A stretch of DNA of 48,379 nucleotides from a virus (taxonomy: Duplodnaviria; Caudoviricetes). The first letter of the stretch is position 1. Each line of letters begins with the position of its first letter. Position numbers and translations under genes: made by a program. Location of the stretch: IMG/VR virus record IMGVR_UViG_3300036794_000032, positions 1-48,379 of that record; one strand, written 5' to 3'. Below, piece by piece: positions 20,005 to 29,292 of the stretch. The notes below the pieces were generated by a model. That model was given only the letters and a program-made list of their open reading frames with translations. It searched no databases and had not been told where the DNA came from.

Positions 20005-20010
20005 AGTATA
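20005..20010 (-). promoter_or_regulatory. Putative -10 element (TATACT) of a late promoter
   Basis: TANNNT hexamer in the intergenic gap upstream of the fibre-HNH-terminase gene string. Confidence 0.4.
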
Positions 20011-20251
20011 TGCAGGTCAGGCGGTTATCACCAGTTACGCAGATTAGCGGGCGTGTCCGACATCTGATAAGACGCCTTACGTCGGGTCAATCACCAGGTT
20101 TCGCCGCACTCGCATTGGTGCGAACCGTCCCGATCCCAGTCAGTGTGTTCCGCGCTGAACTCGCAAATGTGGCTATGGGCCGCGCCGTTGCTCATGCTCA
20201 ACCCGCACCGTTCCCCGAACTCGCCTGCGTACGCCATGCCGTTCTCCGTCC

Positions 20252-20455
20252 TTATGTCAGCCCCAGCAGGTCAGGCAGTGCATGTCCAACGGCACGGCCC
20301 GAATGTCGATTTCTTTCGCGCGGGGATCGGCCTCGCTGATCGTGCGTCCGTGCAAACTTGGCTATCAGGTAAACATCGCTACCTTTCGGCGGATGAACAA
20401 CGAGCTGCATCAACCCGGCATCCTTCAACTCGCTCAATGCTTTTTCTGTGAACAT
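20252..20455 (-). CDS. Hypothetical protein
   Basis: 67 aa, RBS GAGAGGA. Confidence 0.55.
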   Translation of the reverse strand: MFTEKALSELKDAGLMQLVVHPPKGSDVYLIAKFARTHDQRGRSPRERNRHSGRAVGHALPDLLGLT

Positions 20456-20493
20456 CTGGTCCTCTCTTGACGCGCCGATAACCTTGCGGACTG

Positions 20494-20847
20494 TCAGGTC
20501 TTCGTCAGGTGTTCTAGCGCAACGATGAGCTCACGAACTAACTCCGGTGCGGCCGCGATGAATTCAGCGTTGGCTGTGTTGATTTCGAGTCCGGATGCGT
20601 CGTATCCGTTGCTGGTGATGACGTGGTCGTCTTCGATGTAGTGATCTGGATCTGTGTCGGCACGTACAAGGTTGGGGCCGTGGTCGGTCCACTGCGTACC
20701 GTGCGGGCAGTTGCTAGGTTGATCGCTGAATGAATCACCCTCCCACATCCATGGCCCGGGGGTGATAGCAGCCAGAGAGGCTTTGGCACGGTCAATCAGC
20801 TTGAGCCATTCGGTCCGGTCTGTGATGTTGCCTGTCGGATCGGTCAT
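20494..20847 (-). CDS. Hypothetical protein (TPGPW...NAEFIAAAP family)
   Basis: Carries the common phage TPGPW and ANAEFIAAAPELV motifs. Confidence 0.7.
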   Translation of the reverse strand: MTDPTGNITDRTEWLKLIDRAKASLAAITPGPWMWEGDSFSDQPSNCPHGTQWTDHGPNLVRADTDPDHYIEDDHVITSNGYDASGLEINTANAEFIAAAPELVRELIVALEHLTKT

Positions 20848-20857
20848 GCGCTGATTC

Positions 20858-21760
20858 TCATGCTCGTTTCCGTTCTGCGTCTTGGGTTCTCAAATCGCGG
20901 GCCTGGGTGAGGCTGAATACGCGGGGGTCGCCGCGGCGGACACGGCGTTCCACGATTCGGCCGGCGTGCAGGTAGCCGCGCGGCTGGAGTCGGTCTGCGC
21001 GGATCCAGTCCCACAGCCGCGGTCGGGGGACGTGTTCGTCGAGGATGTCGAGCTGCTCACGTAGTAGGGGTTCGGTGAATAGGTCGCGTTTCGCGAGGGC
21101 GTCGGCGCGCTGTTTGGCGGCTTTGACGGTGATTCCGCAGTCGGGGCAGGTGATTTCGATTGCTTCGCGGCGGGCGTAGAGGATGTGTCCGCATTCGCGG
21201 GGGGTGCCGTCGCGGTTGCGGCCGATGACGGTGAGGCAGGGGCCGTAGTAGGCGCGGTCCTGGCGGTTGATGGCTTCGACGAGGGTTCCGCCGTCGGGGC
21301 CGTCGCCGATGAGTTGGGCGAGTTGGTGGTAGATGGTGCCGGCGCGTTTGTGGCGGGCGATGTTGGGGACGCGGCGCATGAGCCAGTCGACTAGTTCGAG
21401 GGTGGTGGGGACGTAGTTGGTGGGCATTCGTCGCCAGGCGGGTGGGAGTGGGCCGATGAAGTCGGTGGGGACGGTGCACATTGGCCAGTAGCGGTCGAAG
21501 CTGTGTTCTACGCGGTGAACGATTTTCAGGATTTCGTTGCGGGCTTCGGTGGCTATGTCGACGGCTGAGAGGTTGAGTGGGAGTGGGGTTTCGGATGATT
21601 TTCCGATGGCTGCGGTGGTGAGTTTGTCTTGTCGGGTGATGGTGGTTTCGAGTTGGGCGAGTAGCCATGGGACTTCGTCGAGCATGTTGCGAACCATTTG
21701 GATGTGGTCGTTGCAGAGGTTGAGGTCGGCTTTTGCGTGGCATTTCCGGCAACGGTTCAC
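20858..21760 (-). CDS. Zn-binding/HTH DNA-binding protein (possible late transcription regulator)
   Basis: CxxC...CxxH, GPC...ECG...CPDCG and a C-terminal HTH-like segment; last large early gene. Confidence 0.6.
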   Translation of the reverse strand: MNRCRKCHAKADLNLCNDHIQMVRNMLDEVPWLLAQLETTITRQDKLTTAAIGKSSETPLPLNLSAVDIATEARNEILKIVHRVEHSFDRYWPMCTVPTDFIGPLPPAWRRMPTNYVPTTLELVDWLMRRVPNIARHKRAGTIYHQLAQLIGDGPDGGTLVEAINRQDRAYYGPCLTVIGRNRDGTPRECGHILYARREAIEITCPDCGITVKAAKQRADALAKRDLFTEPLLREQLDILDEHVPRPRLWDWIRADRLQPRGYLHAGRIVERRVRRGDPRVFSLTQARDLRTQDAERKRA

Positions 21761-22005
21761 GCTTGTCCCCATTCGTATCCGCAACTGCATTGGCGGATGA
21801 CCGCCGCGCGCGGGTCGTCGAACATTGAGCCGATTCCAGATAACACGGCTATTTCGTTCTCAAGGTTGAGCAGCTGTCGGTGTAAACGAGCGGCCGCGCT
21901 GCTGTCTTTGAGGGGAATCGGAAAGCGTGGCATTCGAAACCTATGCGTTGCAACGTTGCTGCAGCGCGGGCATATGGCGGTGGCCGTGAACTGTTCGATG
22001 CTCAC
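21757..22005 (-). CDS. Small Zn-finger hypothetical protein
   Basis: CPRC...H...RQCSCG..W; coupled at both ends. Confidence 0.6.
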   Translation of the reverse strand: MSIEQFTATAICPRCSNVATHRFRMPRFPIPLKDSSAAARLHRQLLNLENEIAVLSGIGSMFDDPRAAVIRQCSCGYEWGQA

Positions 22006-22571
22006 ACGGTCACCTTTGGCCAGTCGATGGATTCGATGGTGTTGCGGTGTCGGTCTTTCAGCTCGAATGGGAGCTGGTCGCCGCAGTGCGCGGCGCCGAG
22101 GGTAGCGAGGGCCAGGGCGTCGGCGATGTCGTCGTTGCGGACTGCTTTCGCGAGGCCGGGCCACCAGAGTCGGACCGCGAGTAGGACTTGTTTCTTTTTT
22201 TCGGTCGCGTCCTTGCTGCCTTCGCGGCCGATGACCCAGTTCTGCCTGGTAATGGGTGTGACGACGGCGGTCGGGATGTGTTGTGCGCGTAGTTGGCTGA
22301 AGATTCCCCACCAGAGTGCGTTGCCGTCGCTGGTGTAGGCGTTGTGGTAGCCGTAGGCCTGTCCTTCGATGACGGCGAGGTCGATGTGGTCGACGGGTAG
22401 GGCGTCTATGACTGCGCCGCATTGGCGGACGATTCGGTCGGAGCGGTGGGCGTAGCTTTTGCTGTCTTTTCGGCCGCCGTTGATGGCTTTCATGGCGAGT
22501 GGTGCGCCGTTGATGAGTACGGCGATGCCTGTGCTGGTGAGGCTCGGGTCGATGCCGACGACGACGCTCAC
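22002..22571 (-). CDS. ruvC: RuvC-like Holliday junction resolvase
   Basis: VVGIDPSLTSTGIA, AVIEG and NDDIADALALA motifs. Confidence 0.9.
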   Translation of the reverse strand: MSVVVGIDPSLTSTGIAVLINGAPLAMKAINGGRKDSKSYAHRSDRIVRQCGAVIDALPVDHIDLAVIEGQAYGYHNAYTSDGNALWWGIFSQLRAQHIPTAVVTPITRQNWVIGREGSKDATEKKKQVLLAVRLWWPGLAKAVRNDDIADALALATLGAAHCGDQLPFELKDRHRNTIESIDWPKVTV

Positions 22572-22804
22572 GACGCGGCCTGTCCGAAGCTTGCCATGAG
22601 CTCATCGGCGTGCGCCTTGGCGGATTCCACAGTCGGGTGATGGCTGTGCGCGCGTAGCCCTGCTGGGTGGGTGATGGTCATCTGGAAGCCGCCGATCGCC
22701 GTCCCGAGTCGCGGTTCGTCTGGGGTTGCGGGTCGGATGACGAATTCGGTGCCGTCTGGCCACCGCCGGCGGAGGGTGGTGTGAATGACCCAGGCGGCGT
22801 GCAT
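22568..22804 (-). CDS. Hypothetical protein
   Basis: Coupled start at 22804 (MHAAWVIH...). Confidence 0.5.
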   Translation of the reverse strand: MHAAWVIHTTLRRRWPDGTEFVIRPATPDEPRLGTAIGGFQMTITHPAGLRAHSHHPTVESAKAHADELMASFGQAAS

Positions 22805-22992
22805 TATTCGCTCCTGAATTTCGCGCGGCCGATATGCACGACGCGGCCGGTCAGAGGTTGATCGTGGCGAGGCTTGCAAGATTTTGTTGTCCGGACGCAG
22901 CGTTCGCCTGGTTGGGCGTCGCAGAGCGGGCATGTGCGCTGCAAGGCGATTTTGACGGCGCGGCTGTTCGGATTGGCCAGCTTCGAGATCAT
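22804..22992 (-). CDS. Small zinc-finger protein
   Basis: CPLCDAQPGERC...H..R motif. Confidence 0.7.
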   Translation of the reverse strand: MISKLANPNSRAVKIALQRTCPLCDAQPGERCVRTTKSCKPRHDQPLTGRVVHIGRAKFRSE

Positions 22993-23207
22993 CGCGCGGT
23001 TCTCGTTGTGGTCGCGTGGATTTCGGCGCCGACGGCGGCGGCGTAGCGCATCAGCGTGGACAGCCGCGGCGAGCGCCCTTTGTGCGCGGAGTTTTCGAAC
23101 CGGCAGACGTCGGTGCGGGGTGTGCCCATGTGGTCGGCGACGTCTTGCTGGGTGAGCCCGGATCGCCAACGGATCATGACGAGCTCGCTGAGCAGTTCGG
23201 CGATCAT
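22989..23207 (-). CDS. XRE-family HTH DNA-binding protein
   Basis: GLTQQDVADHMG...V.RFE...PRLSTL.RYA.AVG. Confidence 0.82.
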   Translation of the reverse strand: MIAELLSELVMIRWRSGLTQQDVADHMGTPRTDVCRFENSAHKGRSPRLSTLMRYAAAVGAEIHATTTRTAR

Positions 23208-23452
23208 GATTTCGGCAGCTTCGATAGGGCGGCTCGGCATGCTGCTGCGCCGCGGGCCGCGACGTCGGCACGGTCGACGTGATCGCAGACGACGCCGTTG
23301 CGGTAGCCGTCGCCGTCACAGCGGTCGCAGGCGTCGATCGCCTTCTGCGTCAGGTGCGGCGGGTTCTCGGCGTGGGCGGCGGCCATGGCGTCGTCGTAGG
23401 CCTTGATGCGGTCGGCTTGGCGCTGCTCGAAACCGGGATCGATGCTAGGCAT
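23204..23452 (-). CDS. Hypothetical protein with Cys/His cluster
   Basis: AIDACDRCDGDGY...VCDH. Confidence 0.65.
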   Translation of the reverse strand: MPSIDPGFEQRQADRIKAYDDAMAAAHAENPPHLTQKAIDACDRCDGDGYRNGVVCDHVDRADVAARGAAACRAALSKLPKS

Positions 23453-23804
23453 GTTCGATCGCTTTCCGGTCGGCCAGGGAGTTGATCGCGTTTTCGAGCT
23501 TGGTGTCGCGGTGGTCTTCGCGGGCCCGACGCTCGGCGTCGGATTCGCGTTCGGCGCGGTCGCGTCGGATCTCGCGAGCGAACGCGATGATGTCGGCCGG
23601 CTCCGGCGCGTCCGGATGGCTGAGGGCGCGTTTCTTGACCGCGGCGAGCAGGTCGGGCAGCTCGAGCCGGTAGGTGCTGAACAGCTCGGCCCAGACGCCG
23701 GCTGTAGCCTTCGCCACGTCGCGATCGTCCATTCGCGGTGCGGTGCGGTGATGGCAGACCGAGACCAAAGTCATGACTTCGAGAGCGTCGGCGATGGTTG
23801 TCAT
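23445..23804 (-). CDS. Putative helicase loader/inhibitor-like replication accessory protein
   Basis: W...F...L..AV...PADI pattern; directly after the replication initiator. Confidence 0.55.
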   Translation of the reverse strand: MTTIADALEVMTLVSVCHHRTAPRMDDRDVAKATAGVWAELFSTYRLELPDLLAAVKKRALSHPDAPEPADIIAFAREIRRDRAERESDAERRAREDHRDTKLENAINSLADRKAIEHA

Positions 23805-24673
23805 CCGATTTCCTTTCGGACAGTGGAGCTTTCGATCTGGTGCTGTTCGCGGGAGCGTTCTTCGGCGGCGAGTTCGGCGAGACCACGGGTCTTGTGTGGC
23901 TTGCCATTTGGGGCGCGGGCGTAGCCGTTTCGGCGTTTGACGACGTCGGCGGCAAGCGACGCCAGGACGCCGGGTCCGACACCGGTGCGCCCGGCCCATT
24001 CGGTGAGGGCCGCTTCGACGACGTCGGGCGGTGTGCCGTCGTTGAGCAGCGCGCCAGCGTTTAGCCGGAGCGCGGTTTGCGTTGCGGAGTTGATCTCGCG
24101 GGGGATCGTTCGGCGGACGAGATCAGCTGCTGGCGTGGCAGCACGGGCATCGCGCGCATTCGAGTCCGTAGCTGACTCGGTTACGTAACCACTATCTGTC
24201 TTAGTCTCTGTCTTAGTCTTAGGGGTGCGACTGTCCTGCGGATGTCCATTCTTTGTCCGTCCGGACATTTCAGAGTTTTCCGAGGTAGACGTATTGTGTT
24301 TGGTCGCACGTTCGTTTCGCTTACGTTCCGCGTCTGCGTCGCGGAAGGCCTTAACTTCATCGCGTGAACGTTGGTACTTAGCCCACTTCGTGGCTTGAAT
24401 GCCGCCGGCGCGGGCATCGATCCAGAGTGGGTCTGGCTCGCCATCTGAGCCCAGCGTTGCCTTCAACGCAGCTCGGATCGCGGGCGTGCAGCCGAGCTCT
24501 TTCAGCGTCTCGGGACCGACGTATCCGTCCTGAAGTTTGTTTGCTGAGAAAGTTCCGCAGAGAGCCCAGACACCCACCGCGGCGGCGCGGATACGACGCG
24601 GGATCGACTTCACTTCCGGGCCGTCATAGAAGCCGAGCGGGATGTTGAAGCCCGGAGGCCTTTTCTCAGCCAT
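23801..24673 (-). CDS. Putative replication initiator
   Basis: 290 aa; A.GVW.LCG.FS...LQDGYV N-terminus, AERKR.ER, low-complexity KTKTETKT linker whose DNA has short repeats. Confidence 0.65.
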   Translation of the reverse strand: MAEKRPPGFNIPLGFYDGPEVKSIPRRIRAAAVGVWALCGTFSANKLQDGYVGPETLKELGCTPAIRAALKATLGSDGEPDPLWIDARAGGIQATKWAKYQRSRDEVKAFRDADAERKRNERATKHNTSTSENSEMSGRTKNGHPQDSRTPKTKTETKTDSGYVTESATDSNARDARAATPAADLVRRTIPREINSATQTALRLNAGALLNDGTPPDVVEAALTEWAGRTGVGPGVLASLAADVVKRRNGYARAPNGKPHKTRGLAELAAEERSREQHQIESSTVRKEIG

Positions 24674-24765
24674 TGACGCCTTTTCGTTTTAGGTTTTCCA
24701 GATCGCCGAGGGTGCAAGGGAAGACGACGCCCCCTCACGACACGTCGCCTTCCCATGCGGTCCCG

Positions 24766-25173
24766 TTAGTCGGCAACCATGCGGATTTCTTCGGCCATTT
24801 CCCGCTGGCGGCGGATTTCGTAGTCGCCGGGCGCGATGCCCATGTAGCCGTGTTCGGGGTGGCCGAGGTAGGCGGTTGAGCCCTCGGGCACCGAGAGAAC
24901 CGCGACGCGGAGATCGCGTGCTGATCCGGCTTCGGTGTCGCAGTAGACCGGGCCGTCGGCGGCGTAGATGGCGTGGGTGTTGCCGCCGGATTCGCCTCGC
25001 ACGACCGGTGTTCCAGTTGCGGGAACCGAGGTCTTAGCGGTAACGGCCGCGGGGCGTACCAGGACGTCGCCCTGGCGCTGCACACCGCCAAGTACGGGGA
25101 TGTCGATGTCGAGATCTTGGGTGGTGCAGACGTCGACACCGGTTGCCTCGATCATCTGAGTGGTTGTTGCCAT
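24766..25173 (-). CDS. Hypothetical protein (partner of DUF6745-like protein)
   Basis: RQGDV, GE.GGNTH, HPEH...PG.YEIRRQRE...RMVAD. Confidence 0.8.
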   Translation of the reverse strand: MATTTQMIEATGVDVCTTQDLDIDIPVLGGVQRQGDVLVRPAAVTAKTSVPATGTPVVRGESGGNTHAIYAADGPVYCDTEAGSARDLRVAVLSVPEGSTAYLGHPEHGYMGIAPGDYEIRRQREMAEEIRMVAD

Positions 25174-25206
25174 AACTGTTTCCTCTCTTTGTGTTTCGAC
25201 CCAGGG

Positions 25207-26679
25207 CTAGGTTGCGCGGGCCAATTCCTTGTACTCACGTTCGGTGAGATCGAACGTCCAGGCTGCTGCTGAGATTGCGGTGCGGCAATCGGTTGGGATG
25301 GTGAGGCCGAATGTGTGGCGGGTTCCGTCGCGTTCGCGGGTGGCGTTGTGCGCGACGAGCACCCGGACCGGTAGGTCGAGGACGTGGCGCGGGACGTCGT
25401 ACAGCCGCAGTACCTGTCCGGGGTTTCCAGGGTCGGGCGCTTCGTCGGTGAGTTTCATTCCTGCAGCGGTGACGAACTGGTCCCAGCCGAGTTTCTCGAT
25501 CGCGCACCGCCGGATCTCAGTGTTGGGTTCGGCCATGATTCGTTCGATGTCCCAGTCCGTTTCGATCAGGTCGGCGGGGACGCGGGTGCCGTGCCACATG
25601 TGGATGCCCCAGCCGTCGGACCAGCTGATCGCGGGCCCGGTTTCGCAGTGCATGCGGTGGGGGCCGCCGGCGGTTTCGATGTGGAGTTCGGACGGGGTGT
25701 CGCAGACCATGACGAAGTCGCGCATGGGCCACCACCAGCCGGCGGATTCGGCGTCTTGGAATGCTCGGCTGCGGTCCCAGGTGTCGCCGTCGAGCTGGTG
25801 TTGGACGACGTCGCGGAAGAATGAGAAGTAGGCTTCCCAGTCGCACCACGTGCGCCCACCGAAGTAGTTCTGCCAGTTAGTGTTTACGGAAGCCCCGACG
25901 GAATCCCGGACGGAAGCCCCGACGGAAGCCCCGACGGAATCCCGGACGGAAGCCCCGACGGAATCCCGGACGGAAGCCCAGACGGAATCCCGGACGGAAT
26001 CCCCGACGGAAGCCCCGACGGAAGCCCCGACGGAATCCCAGACGGAAGCCCCGACGGAATCCCGGACGGAAGCCCCGACGGAATCCCCGACGGAATCCCC
26101 GACGGAATCCCCGACGGAAGCCCCGACGGAATCCCCGACGGAAGCCCCGACGGAAGCCCCGACGGAATCCCCGACGGAAGCCCCGACGGAATCCCGGACG
26201 GAATCCCCGACGGAAGCCCCGACGGAAGCCCAGACGGAATCCCCGACGGAAGCCCCGACGGAATCCCCGACGGAATCCCAGACGGAAGCCCCGACGGAAG
26301 CCCAGACGGAATCCCGGACGGAATCCCCGACGGAAGCCCCGACGGAAGCCCAGACGGAATCCCAGACGGAAGCCCCGACGGAATCCCAGACGGAAGCCCC
26401 GACGGAAGCCCAGACGGAATCCCTATTCTTTCGAAGGTTGTCGATGATCGATTTGGCAATCGGCGCCGCGAACGCACCAACAATCGGTGATGACACCCGT
26501 ACGACAACGCCAGGCCATTCAATGCCTGCGAAGTCGTAGCAGCGGCGCGCACCCGACTCCCATACAGCCCATTCCTCTTCAGTCAGTGGGGTTGTGCGCC
26601 ATCCGTATTCGATCCACTCACGAGCCCACGAGGCCATGCGTTCGGTCTGTTCTGGGGTGAGTTCGGTGAGTTTCTTCAT
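25207..26679 (-). CDS. DUF6745-like protein with internal tetrapeptide repeat
   Basis: GWWWP...P.ELH...RMHC.TGPAI.W.DGW...WHG.RVP...EPN.EIRR; ATGA-coupled start at 26679. Confidence 0.8.
   Translation of the reverse strand: MKKLTELTPEQTERMASWAREWIEYGWRTTPLTEEEWAVWESGARRCYDFAGIEWPGVVVRVSSPIVGAFAAPIAKSIIDNLRKNRDSVWASVGASVWDSVGASVWDSVWASVGASVGDSVRDSVWASVGASVWDSVGDSVGASVGDSVWASVGASVGDSVRDSVGASVGDSVGASVGASVGDSVGASVGDSVGDSVGDSVGASVRDSVGASVWDSVGASVGASVGDSVRDSVWASVRDSVGASVRDSVGASVGASVRDSVGASVNTNWQNYFGGRTWCDWEAYFSFFRDVVQHQLDGDTWDRSRAFQDAESAGWWWPMRDFVMVCDTPSELHIETAGGPHRMHCETGPAISWSDGWGIHMWHGTRVPADLIETDWDIERIMAEPNTEIRRCAIEKLGWDQFVTAAGMKLTDEAPDPGNPGQVLRLYDVPRHVLDLPVRVLVAHNATRERDGTRHTFGLTIPTDCRTAISAAAWTFDLTEREYKELARAT
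25884..26423 (-). repeat. 45 x 12-bp coding tandem repeat G(C/A)T-TCC-GTC-(G/T/C)GG encoding [A/D]SV[G/W/R]
   Basis: Directly visible; 45 SV units counted in the translation. Confidence 0.95.
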
Positions 26680-26846
26680 TGGGTTGCCTTCTGGCAGATG
26701 TCCTGTAGACGTTCGATTGGATTGGGGCTGCGATCCGCGGCCATCCGCAGCGATTCGGCGATGTCGATGAGTGCGTGCGCTAGCGCGCATGTGACCGCCC
26801 CACCGTCCGCTGCGTCGCGGGCGCGTTCGAGGTGGTCGCCTTTCAT
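26676..26846 (-). CDS. Small hypothetical protein
   Basis: 56 aa MKGDHLERARD..., ATGA overlaps at both ends (manual translation). Confidence 0.6.
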   Translation of the reverse strand: MKGDHLERARDAADGGAVTCALAHALIDIAESLRMAADRSPNPIERLQDICQKATQ

Positions 26847-27208
26847 TCGTCGTCACCGCCATCGGTTTCGGTGTCGCCGTTCTCGACGCTGTTGCGGTCG
26901 AACAGGGCGTCCTGGTTGCCGTCGCCCGGCGGTTTCTTGCCCTGCTCGTGGCACGACTGGATTTGCATGGTGCGCGTGTACCGCATCTCGCCGTCTTTGC
27001 GTTCGATTGGGCCGTGCTCGCCGGTGCAGCGGGCGCGCACGATGTACGTCCGGACGTCGCCGACTTCCGGTGGTTCGTCGAGCGGGGCGGGGCTGCCGCC
27101 GAAGCTCAGGTATGCGGGTGGGGTTTCGTCTTCGCCGGTGTCGATGTCGGCGAGTTCGTTCGTGGTGGGTACGTCGGGTGGTGCTTCTTTGTCGGTGATG
27201 AGTGCCAT
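26843..27208 (-). CDS. Hypothetical acidic protein
   Basis: 121 aa, RBS GGAAGG. Confidence 0.7.
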   Translation of the reverse strand: MALITDKEAPPDVPTTNELADIDTGEDETPPAYLSFGGSPAPLDEPPEVGDVRTYIVRARCTGEHGPIERKDGEMRYTRTMQIQSCHEQGKKPPGDGNQDALFDRNSVENGDTETDGGDDE

Positions 27209-27214
27209 GTCGGG

Positions 27215-28432
27215 CTAACCTTCCTGTTCTGTTGCGGGGCTGTCGGATTCCGTTTCGGCGAGGCTTGCGCGGTTCAAGATTTCGCGGATGGAGGCCTGGG
27301 CGTCGATGTCGTTGCCGTCTTCATCGCGACCGGACTTCCACAGCTTCAGAGTCGAGATGATCGAGTCGGCTTCGGTGGCTGTCAGCGCGGCGCTGGAGTC
27401 GAGCTTGAATCCGAGGATCGCGCCGGTGACAGTGAGCCGGTCGCCGCGGTCGGTGATCTTGAGATCCCGGAACAGGGCGTGCATTTGACGGTTCTGAGCT
27501 GGTGTGGTCGGCCTATCCGGTTCTGGCGCAGCGTCGTCGGTGGCTGGCTGCGGGTCCGGCTTGGCTTCCGCATCGGGCTCGGCGTCGGCGTCGAGCTGTT
27601 CCTTCGCGTCAGCGACGGCCTGGGCGCGCTCCGGGATCGGCTCGGACGTCGGCTGCCCGTTATAGGCGGCCAGGTCGTCGATGTTGAGGATTTCCTCGAC
27701 TGTGATCGGCGCAGTGTGCCGCTGAGGCTCCGGAAGCTGCGGCCGGTCGTTGAACCGCTCCGACTCCAATTCCTCGGTCGTGTAGGAGATTCCGATCAGC
27801 ACGTCCGGCGCCATCTCGCGGCACACTTCGGCCTGCGCCTTGGCCTTCAACATGGCCTGCGGGTCGGTGATGTACTTCATGTTCCCGACGATCGACGTCT
27901 TCGCTTTGCCGTCCCACGTCTTGGTGACGGTGACCCAGTCGTCGTCGACGTCCGGGCGGCGCAGCGAGTCATCGCTCGACGGTGTCGGCACGTAGCCGGC
28001 GCGGTGAGCGCGGGCGATCGTCCACGTCGAGGTGTACTCATCGCCGTCAAGATCGCGGCCGACCACGGTGACCGACTCGTCAGATTGCTCGGTGGTGCGA
28101 ACCTTGTAGCCGCGGGGCTTCAACAGCGCCACCATCGTTCGCGCTTCGAGGGCGGGCATGCCGTGGATTGCGATGACCCGCTGCAGCGATTGGATGGGTG
28201 TCAGGCCGAGTTCGGCGCCGTACAGGATCGCCGCGGTGGCGTCGTCGGCTTTCCGGAAAAACCGCTTCGGCACCATCGTCGTGTTGACCATGGCCGACGC
28301 CAGCTGGTGTGCGGTCTGCATCATCTCCGCGTGCTGCAGCAGCATCGACTTCGCCTCATGCGATGCGGGCCGCGCGGGTGGCAGCAGCTCGAGGGATGAC
28401 TCTTGGGGGATCTGCATCAGTTGGTTCGACAT
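27215..28432 (-). CDS. RecT-like single-strand annealing protein
   Basis: AILYGAELGL.PIQSL..IHG.P, WTI.RA..AG and Y..P.AML.AKA..EVCR..APDVL.G motifs; follows the exonuclease. Confidence 0.75.
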   Translation of the reverse strand: MSNQLMQIPQESSLELLPPARPASHEAKSMLLQHAEMMQTAHQLASAMVNTTMVPKRFFRKADDATAAILYGAELGLTPIQSLQRVIAIHGMPALEARTMVALLKPRGYKVRTTEQSDESVTVVGRDLDGDEYTSTWTIARAHRAGYVPTPSSDDSLRRPDVDDDWVTVTKTWDGKAKTSIVGNMKYITDPQAMLKAKAQAEVCREMAPDVLIGISYTTEELESERFNDRPQLPEPQRHTAPITVEEILNIDDLAAYNGQPTSEPIPERAQAVADAKEQLDADAEPDAEAKPDPQPATDDAAPEPDRPTTPAQNRQMHALFRDLKITDRGDRLTVTGAILGFKLDSSAALTATEADSIISTLKLWKSGRDEDGNDIDAQASIREILNRASLAETESDSPATEQEG

Positions 28433-28452
28433 TTGGTGGGCTGTTCCTTTCA

Positions 28453-29292
28453 TCAGGCTGTGAGGTCGTCTTCGATTTGGCGGCGCGCCCACCCGGGAAG
28501 CGCCAGCAGCGCGATCCCGTCGTAGCCGGGCCACACGCCGGTCTCGCGGCACTGCGCGTAGATGTCGATCGCGCGACGGTTCTGCTGACGGCCGAGCTCA
28601 ACGTCTTCGGGTTCGAGCTGGCAGACCGAGACGAGGAAGGGCGGATCCTTCTGCTGCACGATGAAAACGAACGCCGCCTCGGTGATGCCCGTGGTCTCCG
28701 CAAGTCCGTCGATGTACCAAGGCGCGGATTGGTGATAGCCGAAATCGAAGGCGGACTTGGCGAATCGACGCGGATTCGCGGATGCAGCGGTTTTGTATTC
28801 CGCGATGATGGGTCGCCCGCGGCCGGTCTCGGGCAGGAAGTCAGGGCGGAAACGAAGCCGAACCCCAGTGGTGTCGTCGTGCCAATACCCCGACATCTCA
28901 GCGGATCCACTTTCGAGCAGCTTCGCCGCGATCGGATGTGCGAACACCTTGCCGGCCATCACCTGCGCCTGCTCGATCTGCGCCTTCAGCAGCGGGGCTT
29001 TGCCGTGCGCGTATGCCTTTTCGCGGGCCTCTTTCGCGATGTTGGTTCGCCAGTCCCGGGCGTCGACGCGGACCAGGTCGCCGCCTCTGCCGAGGACCAT
29101 TTTGTGCGCGGCGTGCCCGAAATCGTACTGAGGCTTCGGGTTCGGGGGCTCAAGCAGTCTTGCCATGTATTCGGCCGGCGTTAGCGCGGTGATGGTCTTG
29201 GCGCCCGACGACGACAGGCTGTCCCTGTCGGCGTGATAATCCCGCTCGGACACGTCCGGATAGATGCCGTCGTTGACCGGAACGCCGCTCAC
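28453..29292 (-). CDS. RecE/ExoVIII-like PD-(D/E)XK exonuclease (DUF3799-like)
   Basis: YHAD..LSSSG, FG.AAH, R.RPD, EYKT and YH.SA.WY motifs. Confidence 0.88.
   Translation of the reverse strand: MSGVPVNDGIYPDVSERDYHADRDSLSSSGAKTITALTPAEYMARLLEPPNPKPQYDFGHAAHKMVLGRGGDLVRVDARDWRTNIAKEAREKAYAHGKAPLLKAQIEQAQVMAGKVFAHPIAAKLLESGSAEMSGYWHDDTTGVRLRFRPDFLPETGRGRPIIAEYKTAASANPRRFAKSAFDFGYHQSAPWYIDGLAETTGITEAAFVFIVQQKDPPFLVSVCQLEPEDVELGRQQNRRAIDIYAQCRETGVWPGYDGIALLALPGWARRQIEDDLTA

Noticed and set aside
25884-26423. CRISPR array, and the long TEAP/PSGL ORFs in other frames
   Set aside because: These are contiguous 12-bp units with no spacers and no cas genes; the other open frames are by-products of a stop-free repeat.
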